DNA from: an uncultured Chloroflexia bacterium | GTDB lineage: Bacteria > Chloroflexota > Limnocylindria > Limnocylindrales > CSP1-4 | DNA length: 64,000 nucleotides | Reading direction: 5' to 3' | Assembly (NCBI GenBank): GCA_963763075.1 | Contig: CAVXNF010000006.1 | Span: 351,728-415,727 of the forward strand | Shown: piece after piece, positions 51,087 through 59,507 of the stretch | Layout: each line of letters opens with the position of its first letter | How positions within the stretch are numbered: the first letter of the stretch is position 1 | Position numbers and translations under genes: made by a program | Notes under the pieces: model-generated | Databases searched by the model: none | Told to the model about the DNA's origin: nothing | Seen by the model: the letters and a program-made list of their open reading frames with translations, nothing else

Positions 51087-52484
51087 TCAGGCCTGGTCCG
51101 CCGGGAGGGCGGGCGTCGGTGCGGGCGGGGTCGGTGCCGCGTCATCCGGCAGGAGCTCGACGATGGCCGTGAGGCCGTCGAACCCGATCAGCCTGACAGG
51201 CGTCGCGCGGTCGAGTGGCCGCTCGTCGACCGTCCTCGCGGTCCACGTCTCGCCGCCGAGGTGGACGGTCCCGAGCGGCTCCAGCGGCGCCTGGACGATG
51301 CCCGTGGAGCCCAGCGGGACGGGCGTGCCGACGACCCCGGCCGGCGCCGGCATCCGGCGGGTCCGGATCGCGGCGAGCGTGATGAAGCCCATGAGGATGG
51401 CCGTGGTGGCGGTCGTGGTCACGATGAGCGGCGTGGCCACCTGGACCAGGGGCACCGTCGGGTCCGCGCCCGGCTCCGTGTACAGGGCGGACGCGCCCAG
51501 CGCGAAGCAGATGATCCCGCCCACGGTGAGCAGCCCGTGGCTCACGACCTGCGTCTCGAGCGCGAACAGCACGAGCCCCAGGCCCACGAGCAGCAGCCCC
51601 GCGACGTTGAGCGGCAGGCTGCCGAAGCCGATGAACGCGAGCAGGAGCGCCATCGCGCCCAGGATCCCGGTGACGAAGTTCGGGTTCTGGAGCTCGAACA
51701 GCAGCCCGTACAGGCCGATCGTGAACAGGACGAACGCCACGTTGGGGTCGCTCAGCAGGTGGAGCAGCGACTGGAACGCGTTCATCCCGACGTCGGTCAC
51801 CGCGGCGTCCGTCAGCTCGAGCGTCTGCGGCACGCCGTTGACCGTGACCTCCGTGCCGTCGGCCTGGGCGAGGACCTCGTCGATCGTGGCGGCGATGCCA
51901 TCCACCGCACCCGCGGCGACCGCGGCGCTGGCCGGATAGCTCTGGGCCTCGGCCACCGTCGAGACGGCCCACTCGACCGGCCGGCCGCGGTGCTCCGCGA
52001 TCGCCGTCACGTTCGCGATCGCGTCGTTGCGCACCTTGTCGCCCAGCGTGCCCGGGATGTCCTCGCCGCTGCCCGAGACCGGCGACGCGGCGCCGATGTT
52101 CGTGCCCGGCGCCATGTACGAGAGGTTCGCGGCGAGGGTGATGAACGTCCCCGCGCTGGCCGCCCGGCCACCCGCGGGCGCCACCCACACGATCACCGGC
52201 ACGTCCGCCTCGAGGAACGAGGCCGTGATCCGCTGCGTGGCGTCGAGGCTGCCGCCCGGCGTGTTGAGCTCCACGACGACGGCCGCGGCACCGTCGGCGA
52301 CCGCCTGCTCGATCCCCTCCTCGAGGTACGTGGCGAGCACGCCGTCGACGGTGCCGGTCGCGGTGAGCAGGACGACCTGTGGCTGCGCGCCGCGCGCGAT
52401 GGACGCGGTCGCAACGAGGAGGACGCCCAGCAGCGCGAGGGTGCGGGCGAGACGGATCCGGATGGAGCGCGTCGACTGGTCCAT
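51087..52484 (-). CDS. long NfeD-family membrane-bound ClpP-class serine protease
   Basis: 465 aa from the ATG at 52484. Signal/TM, then a ClpP-like domain (VVVELNTPGGSLDATQRI...IVWVAPAGGRAASAGTFITLAANLSYMAPGTNIGAASPV), four or five TM helices, and a C-terminal OB domain (GIVQAPLEPLGTVHLGGETWTARTVDERPLDRATPVRLIGFDGLTAIVE). Confidence 0.85.
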   Translation of the reverse strand: MDQSTRSIRIRLARTLALLGVLLVATASIARGAQPQVVLLTATGTVDGVLATYLEEGIEQAVADGAAAVVVELNTPGGSLDATQRITASFLEADVPVIVWVAPAGGRAASAGTFITLAANLSYMAPGTNIGAASPVSGSGEDIPGTLGDKVRNDAIANVTAIAEHRGRPVEWAVSTVAEAQSYPASAAVAAGAVDGIAATIDEVLAQADGTEVTVNGVPQTLELTDAAVTDVGMNAFQSLLHLLSDPNVAFVLFTIGLYGLLFELQNPNFVTGILGAMALLLAFIGFGSLPLNVAGLLLVGLGLVLFALETQVVSHGLLTVGGIICFALGASALYTEPGADPTVPLVQVATPLIVTTTATTAILMGFITLAAIRTRRMPAPAGVVGTPVPLGSTGIVQAPLEPLGTVHLGGETWTARTVDERPLDRATPVRLIGFDGLTAIVELLPDDAAPTPPAPTPALPADQA

Positions 52485-52522
52485 GTGACCTCTGTCGAGT
52501 ATGGCACCGGCCCGCCGAACGG

Positions 52523-53120
52523 TCAGGAGGCGGGGTCTCCGGGCGCGGTCAGCGCATCGAACACGAGCCGGCTCCACGTCTCCATGGAGTCGCGGACAGC
52601 GGCGACCTCGTCGGTGGTCGCGAACGAGCCGGTGAGCTTGTCGACCTCGCGGATCTCGACCGGGCGGCCCGCGGCGTCGGCGACGAACACGATCCCGACG
52701 TGCACGGCGCCGACCGGCGTCGTGTCGTCGTTGAGCAGCCCGACCGGCTCGAACGCGGGCTCGAACGCCGCCACGACCTCCTCGGCCCACTCGCGGCGGA
52801 GCCCGCCCTCGACGTCGCCGTCGCCCGGGTTGAGGTGCCCGCCGACGCCGATCGACCACAGGTCGTGGAGCCGCGCATCCCCGCCGGCCTTCGTGCGCCG
52901 CATGAGGAACCACCGCTCGCCGTCGCGCAGCACGAGGTACGGGATGACCTGCTTGTGGGTCGGGTCCTCCTCGGCGTCGCCCCGGCGCAGGAAGAACCCG
53001 TCGCGCGTGACGGCGGTCGAGCGCCTCGTCGAGGCCGTCGCGGCGGACGCCGAGCCAGCCATCGCCCGGGACGATCGACGCGCGCGGGACGACGAGGACC
53101 TCCTCGTCCGGGTTGCCCAC
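52523..53120 (-). CDS. NUDIX-family hydrolase (one apparent frameshift near 53020)
   Basis: GTG at 53120 overlapping the tyrA stop. VGNPDEEVLVVPRASIVPGDGWLGVRRDGLDEALD.. (frame of ORF 51087..53219), then AVTRDGFFLRRGDAEEDPTHKQVIPYLVLRDGERWFLMRRTKAGGDARLHDLWSIGVGGHLNPGDGDVEGGLRREWAEEV (Nudix-box-like GG.....E....RE..EE), ORF 52523..53062. Confidence 0.68.
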
Positions 53121-53995
53121 TACGCGTCGCCGGCCAGGAGGCGCGCCCGCGCGGCTGCGAACCGCTCGTGGAGCACCGGCTCGTCGGGGCCGGCGCCGGC
53201 CTCGAGCAGCGCGATCCACTCGTCGAGCACGACCCGCACGTCACGCAGCCGGCTCGCGATCGCCTCGGGGTTCGTGGTGGCGATCCCCGCGCCCATGGTG
53301 GCGTCGCCGCGCGCGAGGCGCGTCATCGAGTCCCAGCCGCCGGCCGCGAGCGCCTCCGCCCATGCCCAGTCGTGCCGCGGCTGCGGGCCCGTGCCGGCGA
53401 CGGCCTCCACGAGCGCCGCCGACACGACGAGCGGCATGTGGCTGATCGCCGCGACGTACGAGTCGTGGGCACGCGCGTCGAGCGTGAACGGGTTCGCGCC
53501 GCAGGCCCTCGCCAGCCCCTCGACCCGCGCGACGGCCTCCGCGTCCGCCCGACCCGGCACGACGACCCAGGGCCGCTCGTGGAACAGCGTCGCGTCGGCC
53601 GCCCCGAAGCCGGTCGTCTCGCGGCCCGCCATCGGGTGTCCGCCGACGAACCGCACGCCGAGCGTCGTCGCGTGGTGGACGATCACGCTCTTGGTGGACG
53701 CGGTGTCCGTCACGACGGCGTCCTTGCCGAGGAACGCGGCGACCGGGCCGGCCAGCTCGTCGAGGAGCGCGAGGCATTCGGTGGGTGGCGCCGCCAGCAC
53801 GACGAGGTCCGCCCCGTCCACGGCGCCCTCGAGCGTCCCGGCCGCGTCGTCGATCGCGCTCGCCGCGAGCGCGGCCCGCGGCCCGGCGCCACGTGGCGTC
53901 CAGGCGGTCGTCGACCAGTCCCCGTCCGGGGCGGTCTTGAGCGCGCGGGCGATCGATCCGCCGATCAACCCGAGCCCGAGGAAGGCGACACGCAT
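53120..53995 (-). CDS. tyrA: prephenate dehydrogenase
   Basis: Intact 291-aa ORF. MRVAFLGLGLIGGSIARAL (Rossmann GxGxxG) ...VVLAAPP...VTDTASTK...FVGGHPMAGRE..GF.AA...LF...DARAHDSYVAAISHMPLVVSAAL. Confidence 0.85.
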   Translation of the reverse strand: MRVAFLGLGLIGGSIARALKTAPDGDWSTTAWTPRGAGPRAALAASAIDDAAGTLEGAVDGADLVVLAAPPTECLALLDELAGPVAAFLGKDAVVTDTASTKSVIVHHATTLGVRFVGGHPMAGRETTGFGAADATLFHERPWVVVPGRADAEAVARVEGLARACGANPFTLDARAHDSYVAAISHMPLVVSAALVEAVAGTGPQPRHDWAWAEALAAGGWDSMTRLARGDATMGAGIATTNPEAIASRLRDVRVVLDEWIALLEAGAGPDEPVLHERFAAARARLLAGDA

Positions 53996-54094
53996 AGGAC
54001 GATTATCAGGGTCGGAGCGGCCAGGACGAGGGCGCTAGACTGGAATCCGAGTCATGAACCCGCCTGCCCCGGGTGCTGACCTGGGCTCGCGGCC

Positions 54095-54841
54095 TTGAGA
54101 GAGGCTCCCGTGTCGCCTGCCGGCCCGAACGGCGGCGCACCGCGTGACGTGCGTCCGCCCGCCCGCCCCTCCGCTCCCCGCCCCATCCGCGTGCTGCTCG
54201 TCGACGACCACCGGCTGATCCCGGAATCGCTCGCCCGCGTCCTCGGCGCGGAGGCGGACATCCGGATCGTCGGGATCGCGGGCTCGGTCGCCGAGGCCAA
54301 GGCGCTCGCCAACGCCGAGCCGCTCGACGTCGTGCTCATGGACTACCGGCTGCCCGACGGCACCGGTGTCGATGCGACCCGGGCGATCAAGGCCCGCTGG
54401 CCCTCGGCGCGGGTCGTGATGCTCACCGGGGTCGACGACGACGAGACGCTGCTCGAGTCGATCCAGGCCGGTGCCGACGGCTACCTCACCAAGGACAAGG
54501 CGCTCGAGGACGTCGTGCAGACGGTCCGCCTCGCGTACGCCGGCGCCACGCTCCTGCCGCGCTCGGTGATCGTGACCATCGCGCGACGCGTGGCGGAGGC
54601 CCGCGACCGCCAGGCGGAGCAGCTGCCGATCGAGCAGCTGACGCCGCGCGAGCTCGAGGTGCTCCGGGCGCTGACCGACGGCCTGTCGACGCCGGAGATC
54701 TGCCAGCGGCTGTACATCACGCCCAACACGCTCCGCACCCACGTGCAGAACATCATGGGCAAGCTCCACGTGCACTCGAAGCTCGAGGCCGTGGCGTTCG
54801 CCCTCCGGCACCGGCTCGTCGAGCCGCCGCGGGCGGAGTAG
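54095..54841 (+). CDS. NarL/FixJ-family response regulator (REC + LuxR-type HTH), with no adjacent kinase
   Basis: IRVLLVDDHRLIPESL...DVVLMDYRLPDGTG...VVMLTGVDDDETLLESIQAGADGYLTKD; the HTH is LTPRELEVLRALTDGLSTPEICQRLYITPNTLRTHVQNIMGKLHVHSKLEAV. The start may be the TTG at 54095 or the GTG at 54110. Confidence 0.9.
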   Translation: MREAPVSPAGPNGGAPRDVRPPARPSAPRPIRVLLVDDHRLIPESLARVLGAEADIRIVGIAGSVAEAKALANAEPLDVVLMDYRLPDGTGVDATRAIKARWPSARVVMLTGVDDDETLLESIQAGADGYLTKDKALEDVVQTVRLAYAGATLLPRSVIVTIARRVAEARDRQAEQLPIEQLTPRELEVLRALTDGLSTPEICQRLYITPNTLRTHVQNIMGKLHVHSKLEAVAFALRHRLVEPPRAE

Positions 54842-54856
54842 CCTCCGGGCCGCCCG

Positions 54857-55102
54857 CTACTGCTGCGTCACGCGGCGGCGGGTCGTCCGGCGCTCGGTGA
54901 CGCGGCGCTCGGTGCCGTCGGGCGGCCCTGGCGCGTCGGGCGGGTTCTGGCGCCGGATCGCCTGGCGCCGGTCGTGCTCGCGGCGCTCGCTCTCGAGGAA
55001 CGCGCCGCAGCGCGGACACCGACGCTCCTCGGCGAACAGCGAGTCGAGCGTCGCGACCGTGTAGATCTGGCGGCCGCACGCGCGGCAGGCGAGCTTCGGC
55101 AC
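54857..55102 (-). CDS. small zinc-ribbon protein with an Arg/Glu-rich tail (81 aa)
   Basis: GTG start. MPKLACRACGRQIYTVATLDSLFAEERRCPRCGAFLESERREHDRRQAIRRQNPPDAPGPPDGTERRVTERRTTRRRVTQQ has two CxxC pairs 24 aa apart. It is convergent with the regulator gene (15-nt gap). Confidence 0.45.
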   Translation of the reverse strand: MPKLACRACGRQIYTVATLDSLFAEERRCPRCGAFLESERREHDRRQAIRRQNPPDAPGPPDGTERRVTERRTTRRRVTQQ

Positions 55103-55343
55103 CCGGCCATCCTAGCGGCCTGAGCCGACGGTCCGTGGGCCGCCTGAGCCGCACGGCGACCCGCGATTACGGTCGATGAGGGATGCGACCCCGGGAGGCG
55201 CGTGGCCATGATCGGCCCGGCGCGCCGACCCCGGCGCCCCGGTCACACGGGCAGGTGGCCGCGGCGGGTCGTTCCATCCAACTGGAGCGGCCCGCCTTTG
55301 TTCGTCCTGGCGGTCGTCGGCGGGCCCGGATGCGGCCCGAAGG

Positions 55344-56715
55344 CTAGATCCGCGGCAGGGCCGCGAGGGCTGCCTCCACCTTCCCGACCGGGTACTCGTA
55401 GTCCTCGAGCGCCCCGGACAGGTAGGCGTCGTAGGCGGACAGGTCGAAGTGGCCGTGGCCGCACAGGTTGAACAGGATGACCCGCTCCTCGCCGGCCTCC
55501 TTCGCCTCGAGCGCCTGGTCGATCGCGACCTTGATCGCGTGGGTCGGCTCGGGCGCGGGCAGGATGCCCTCGGCGCGGGCGAACATGACCCCGGCCTCGA
55601 AGCACGCCCGCTGGTGGACGCTGGTCGCCTCGATGACGCCCTGGTCCTTGAGCAGCGACACGAGCGGGCTCATGCCGTGGTACCGGAGCCCGCCGGCGTG
55701 GATCGGCTCCGGGATGAAGCCCGAGCCGAGCGTGTGCATCTTGACCAGCGGCGCCATGCCGGCGGTGTCGCCGAAGTCGTAGGCGTAGATGCCGCGGGTG
55801 AGGCTCGGGGCGGCCTCGGGCTCGGCGGCGATGACCCGGTACTTCGCCTCGCCGCGGAGCATCCGGCCGACCCACGGGAAGCTGAAGCCCGCGAAGTTCG
55901 AGCCGCCGCCCGCGCAGCCGATGAGGACGTCGGGCTCCTCGCCCGCGAGCGCCATCTGCTCGATCGTCTCGAGGCCGATCACCGTCTGGTGGAGCAGGAC
56001 GTGGTTGAGCACCGAGCCCAGCGAGTACTTCGTGTCGTCGCGGGTCGCCGCGTCCTCGACCGCCTCGCTGATGGCCATCCCGAGCGAGCCCGGCGAGTCC
56101 GGGTCCGAGGCGAGGACCGAGCGGCCGTAGTTCGTCGTCAGGCTGGGGCTCGCGACGACCTCGGCGCCGTACGTCTCCATGAGCATCCGGCGGTACGGCT
56201 TCTGGTCGTAGCTCGCCCGGACCTGGTAGACCTTGACCTCGAGGCCGAACAGCGCGCCGGCGAACGCGAGCGCGCTCCCCCACTGCCCTGCGCCGGTCTC
56301 CGTGGCGATCCGCTTGGTGCCCGCCTCCTTGTTGTAGAACGCCTGCGGGATCGCGGTGTTCGGCTTGTGCGACCCGGCCGGGCTGACCCCTTCGTACTTG
56401 TAGTAGATGTGGGCCGGGGTATCGAGCGACCTTCTCGAGCCGGTGCGCCCGGTGGAGCGGCGACGGGCGGTAGAGCGCATACGCGTCGCGGACCGGGTCC
56501 GGGATCTCGATCTCCCGCTCGGCGCTGACCTCCTGGAGGATGAGGGCCATCGGGAACAGCGGCTCGAGGTCGGCGGGTCCGATCGGCTGGTGGGTCCCCG
56601 GGTGGAGCGGCGGAGGCGGTGGCACGGGGAGGTCGGCCGCGATGTTGTACCAGGCCCGCGGGATCCGGTCCTCGTCGAGGATGAACTTCGTGCGGCGGGA
56701 GTGGCTGACGGCCAT
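55344..56715 (-). CDS. trpB: TrpB2-type tryptophan synthase beta subunit (one apparent 1-nt insertion near 56432)
   Basis: [30 protein letters not shown]...[13 protein letters not shown]...[14 protein letters not shown] (ORF 55243..56715), then [55 protein letters not shown]...[11 protein letters not shown]... (ORF 55344..56933). The long N-terminal extension and the SHKPNTA lysine motif are typical of the TrpB2 class. Confidence 0.88.
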
Positions 56716-56778
56716 CGGGCAGGGCCTCCGGTGACGGGGTGGCGGGTCGCGCAGCCTACGCCTTCGGAGCGGAGGCGA

Positions 56779-57375
56779 TCAACCCGCCGACTCGCGCAGC
56801 ACGACGGTCTCGACCGGGTCGTGGCGCGGCGGGCCGCCGCCGAGGATGCTGTGGTACAGGACGACGGCCTGCGCCTGGAACGTGGTGGACCAGTCGGCGG
56901 CCGCGGCCTCGAGCGCCTGCGAGGCGAGGGCACCGTCCGCGATCGACGCGCGATCGGTGCGGGCGACCGTGAGATGGGGGGCGAACGGCTTCACGTCCGC
57001 GGGCCAGCCGAGGAGCGCGAGGCGCTCCGTCAGTCCGGCAGAGAGCCTCGCGAGCTCGGACGCGCCGTCCGCGATGCCGAGCCACAATGCGCGGACCTTG
57101 CGCCCGTGCAGCGGAAACGCTCCGGCGCCGGCGAGCCGGACCTCGAACGCTGACGTGCCGTCGATCGCCGCGAGCACGGCCTGGGCGACGTCGGGCACCT
57201 CGTCGGCGGGGGCGTCGCCGAGGAAGCGGAGCGTGACGTGGAGGGTGTCGAGGTGGACCCAGCGTGGCGCGGCGCCGAACGGCTGCGCGCGGATCGGCTC
57301 GATGAGCTCGCGGACCTGCTCGCGGGTCTCGGGCGGGACGGGGATGGCGACGAACAGGCGCTGGGTGTCAGGCAC
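56779..57375 (-). CDS. thpR: RNA 2',3'-cyclic phosphodiesterase (2H phosphoesterase, ThpR/LigT)
   Basis: 198-aa ORF (GTG start) with two HxT/S motifs, LHVTLRFLG and PHLTVAR, in the expected spacing. Confidence 0.85.
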   Translation of the reverse strand: MPDTQRLFVAIPVPPETREQVRELIEPIRAQPFGAAPRWVHLDTLHVTLRFLGDAPADEVPDVAQAVLAAIDGTSAFEVRLAGAGAFPLHGRKVRALWLGIADGASELARLSAGLTERLALLGWPADVKPFAPHLTVARTDRASIADGALASQALEAAAADWSTTFQAQAVVLYHSILGGGPPRHDPVETVVLRESAG

Positions 57376-57886
57376 CGTGCTCGTGCCGGTACCGCTCGCG
57401 GTCGGCCTCGAGCACCTCGCGGGCCCGGTCCTGGTCGCGCCACCCGACGACGTCGACCTCCTTCTCCTCGAGCAGCTTGTAGGTGTTGAAGAAGTGCTCG
57501 ATCTCGACGAGCCGGTGCGGGCGGACCTGGTCGAGACGCTCGATGTGCTGCTGGTGCGGGTCGCCGAGCGCGACGCACAGCGTCTTGAAGTCGAAGCCCT
57601 TCTCGTCGCGCATCTCGAGGCCGCCGATCGGCCGCGCCCAGACGTGGCAGCCCGTGAACGTGGGCTCGTCGATGATCAGCAGCGCATCCGTGTGATCGCC
57701 ATCGTCGGCCCGGGTGCCCTCGATGAATCCGTAGTCGAAGTTGTAGAACACGGCCGACGAGAGGACACGGTCGAGGCGGTACACCTCCGCCACCTCGTCG
57801 TACTCGTACTTGTTGCGGCTGCCCCGCGGGATCTCCACGACGATCTCGACGATGTCGGGGAACGAGTCGACCTGACGGCTGAACAT
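57368..57886 (-). CDS. ppa: inorganic pyrophosphatase (family I)
   Basis: 172-aa ORF: VEIPRGSRNKYEYD...RVLSSAVFYNFDYGFIEGT...DGDHTDALL...DEKGFDFKTLCV. Confidence 0.95.
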   Translation of the reverse strand: MFSRQVDSFPDIVEIVVEIPRGSRNKYEYDEVAEVYRLDRVLSSAVFYNFDYGFIEGTRADDGDHTDALLIIDEPTFTGCHVWARPIGGLEMRDEKGFDFKTLCVALGDPHQQHIERLDQVRPHRLVEIEHFFNTYKLLEEKEVDVVGWRDQDRAREVLEADRERYRHEHGA

Positions 57887-58268
57887 GTCGTCACTCTACG
57901 CGCGTCGGTCCCCCGCGGTGCGGGCTCTCCGTTCGCACGAGTCGCCCGGCGAGCGTACGGTCGCATCGCGCCACGTCTCGTTCGCTGGGCGCCCGCTCCA
58001 TCGCACCGATCGGTCCGATTCGACTCCGCTGTGCGACCGCGCCACCGCTGGCAGGCTGATCCATCGCACCGTGCCACCGTAGAACCGCCCAGCGAGTCGC
58101 GCGGACCCAGCGCAGTTCCCCCAGGGGCGACGCGAGATCAGCGAAGCGCCGGCTCAGCCGTGGCAGATGCAAGGCGGCGCCGAGCACCGCAGCGAGCGCA
58201 CCCGGACGGTGCGTGAGCGAGGAGCGCAGGGGCCAACGCGGCAGATGCCGCGGATCAGCCGCCGCCGA

Positions 58269-59339
58269 TCAGTCGTTGTAGAGGCGCTCTTCGATCAGCT
58301 TCTCCTGCACCGTTCGCCCGTTGGGGTCGAAGCAGGAGAACTCGAAGTGCTTCTCGTACTCGAGGTCGACCGCGTCCTGGCCGCCGCGGTTCTTCTCCAC
58401 CGAGACGATCACCCAGTCGCGGAAGCGCTGCGCCTGGTACGGGTTGAACTCGATGTTGACCTTGGCGACGATCTGGTACTTCTCGTTGAGGATCAGGATG
58501 ATGTCGGCTTCGTAGTTGATCGCCGACGAGCCGCGCAGGTGGTAGTTGCGCAGCCGCGAGGCCTTGAGGCCCTCCTTGTCCGCCGCGACGATCGCGATCA
58601 TCGGGACGTCCTCGGTGAGGGCGATGTCCTTGAGGCCGTTGATCACGTAGGTGACCTTCTCGGACTCGTTGGGCGGCTCGGGGATCACCGGCACCTTCTG
58701 GAGGTAGTCGACGACCACCAGGAGCCGCCGGTCGCCCGACAGGTCCTTGTGCTGGCGGATGAGGTCGCGCATGCCCTCGATGGTCGACGCGGTCTGCGTG
58801 CCCCGGAGCAGGAACAGGTTCTGCCCGTAGCGGGCGATCCGGTCGAGCGACGGGCGGAGCCGCGGGTTCGCGGCCAGCTGGGCGGCGCCGCCACCCTCGG
58901 CCATCCACGTCCCGAGGATCTCCTTGCGGACGTCCTGGATCTTGATCGCGCCGGTCTTGTGCGGCAGGTGCGCGAGCGCGGACTCCGCGGCGATGAGCCG
59001 GTTGAGCAGGTACAGCTCGTCGTGCTCGAAGCAGATGTAGAGGACGTTCGCCTGGCCGCCGGACGCGACGTTGCGCGCCATCTGGAGGGCCATGGTCGTC
59101 TTGCCGGTTCCCTGTGCCCCGCCGATGAGGAGCAGCTCGCCGGCGCGCATGCCGCCACCGATCGTCTTGTCCAAGGGCGTGAAGCCGAGGGGCACCGGCT
59201 GGTATTCGCCGACCCGCCCGCTCGTGACCTTGTCATTGAGGTCGACGAGCACCTCGATCGCCGACCGGGGCGCCATGCTCCCGTTCGGGCCATCGAGCCG
59301 CCACGTGGCCTTCGGCGTCGCCCCCGTCTCCGTCGTCAC
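58269..59339 (-). CDS. DnaB-helicase C-terminal (RecA-fold) domain ATPase lacking the DnaB N-terminal domain
   Basis: 356-aa ORF with a GTG start and GGAGGA about 10 nt upstream. PLGFTPLDKTIGGGMRAGELLLIGGAQGTGKTTMALQMA (Walker A), LLVVVDYLQKV (Walker B/DYLQ), LRGSSAINYEADIILIL and VEKNRGGQ. Only about 50 aa precede the ATPase core. GC is visibly lower than in the neighbours. Confidence 0.8.
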   Translation of the reverse strand: MTTETGATPKATWRLDGPNGSMAPRSAIEVLVDLNDKVTSGRVGEYQPVPLGFTPLDKTIGGGMRAGELLLIGGAQGTGKTTMALQMARNVASGGQANVLYICFEHDELYLLNRLIAAESALAHLPHKTGAIKIQDVRKEILGTWMAEGGGAAQLAANPRLRPSLDRIARYGQNLFLLRGTQTASTIEGMRDLIRQHKDLSGDRRLLVVVDYLQKVPVIPEPPNESEKVTYVINGLKDIALTEDVPMIAIVAADKEGLKASRLRNYHLRGSSAINYEADIILILNEKYQIVAKVNIEFNPYQAQRFRDWVIVSVEKNRGGQDAVDLEYEKHFEFSCFDPNGRTVQEKLIEERLYND

Positions 59340-59354
59340 GTTCCGTTCATCCTC

Positions 59355-59408
59355 CGCCAGTGATCGGTCCTGTGGCGCATGCGCCAGTCATCGGTCCTGT
59401 GGCGCATC
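59355..59408. repeat. two tandem 27-bp direct repeats, each an inverted repeat (GCGCCA-N13-TGGCGC type), upstream of the DnaB-C-like gene
   Basis: cgccagtgatcggtcctgtggcgcatg (59355..59381) and cgccagtcatcggtcctgtggcgcatc (59382..59408) match at 25/27 positions. A degenerate third copy, cgccagtgacccgatggtcc, lies at 59428..59447. Confidence 0.85.
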
Positions 59409-59507
59409 CTAGCACCGCGATTCGTGGCGCCAGTGACCCGATGGTCCCGGCTCGCAGGCAGGTACGGCGCCTGCGTCCGGGCATCCAATCTGCGCGCCCG
59501 CCGGCGC

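Noticed and set aside
50741-51430. NfeD OB-domain duplication as an assembly artefact
   Set aside because: The two copies differ substantially at the DNA level (roughly two-thirds identity by eye), and each sits in a sensible gene context, so a collapsed or expanded repeat is unlikely.
57990-58060. tRNA-like or tmRNA-like fragment (ggagtcgaatcgg resembles a T-loop, GGTTCGAATCC)
   Set aside because: The flanking bases do not form a T-stem, and no acceptor or anticodon arms can be drawn.
57887-58268. Riboswitch (for example c-di-AMP/ydaO-like) in the ppa upstream region
   Set aside because: I could not match the conserved cores of any riboswitch class I know. Also, the candidate -10 box sits directly at the ppa start, implying no leader at all. 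The region is left as an unexplained gap.
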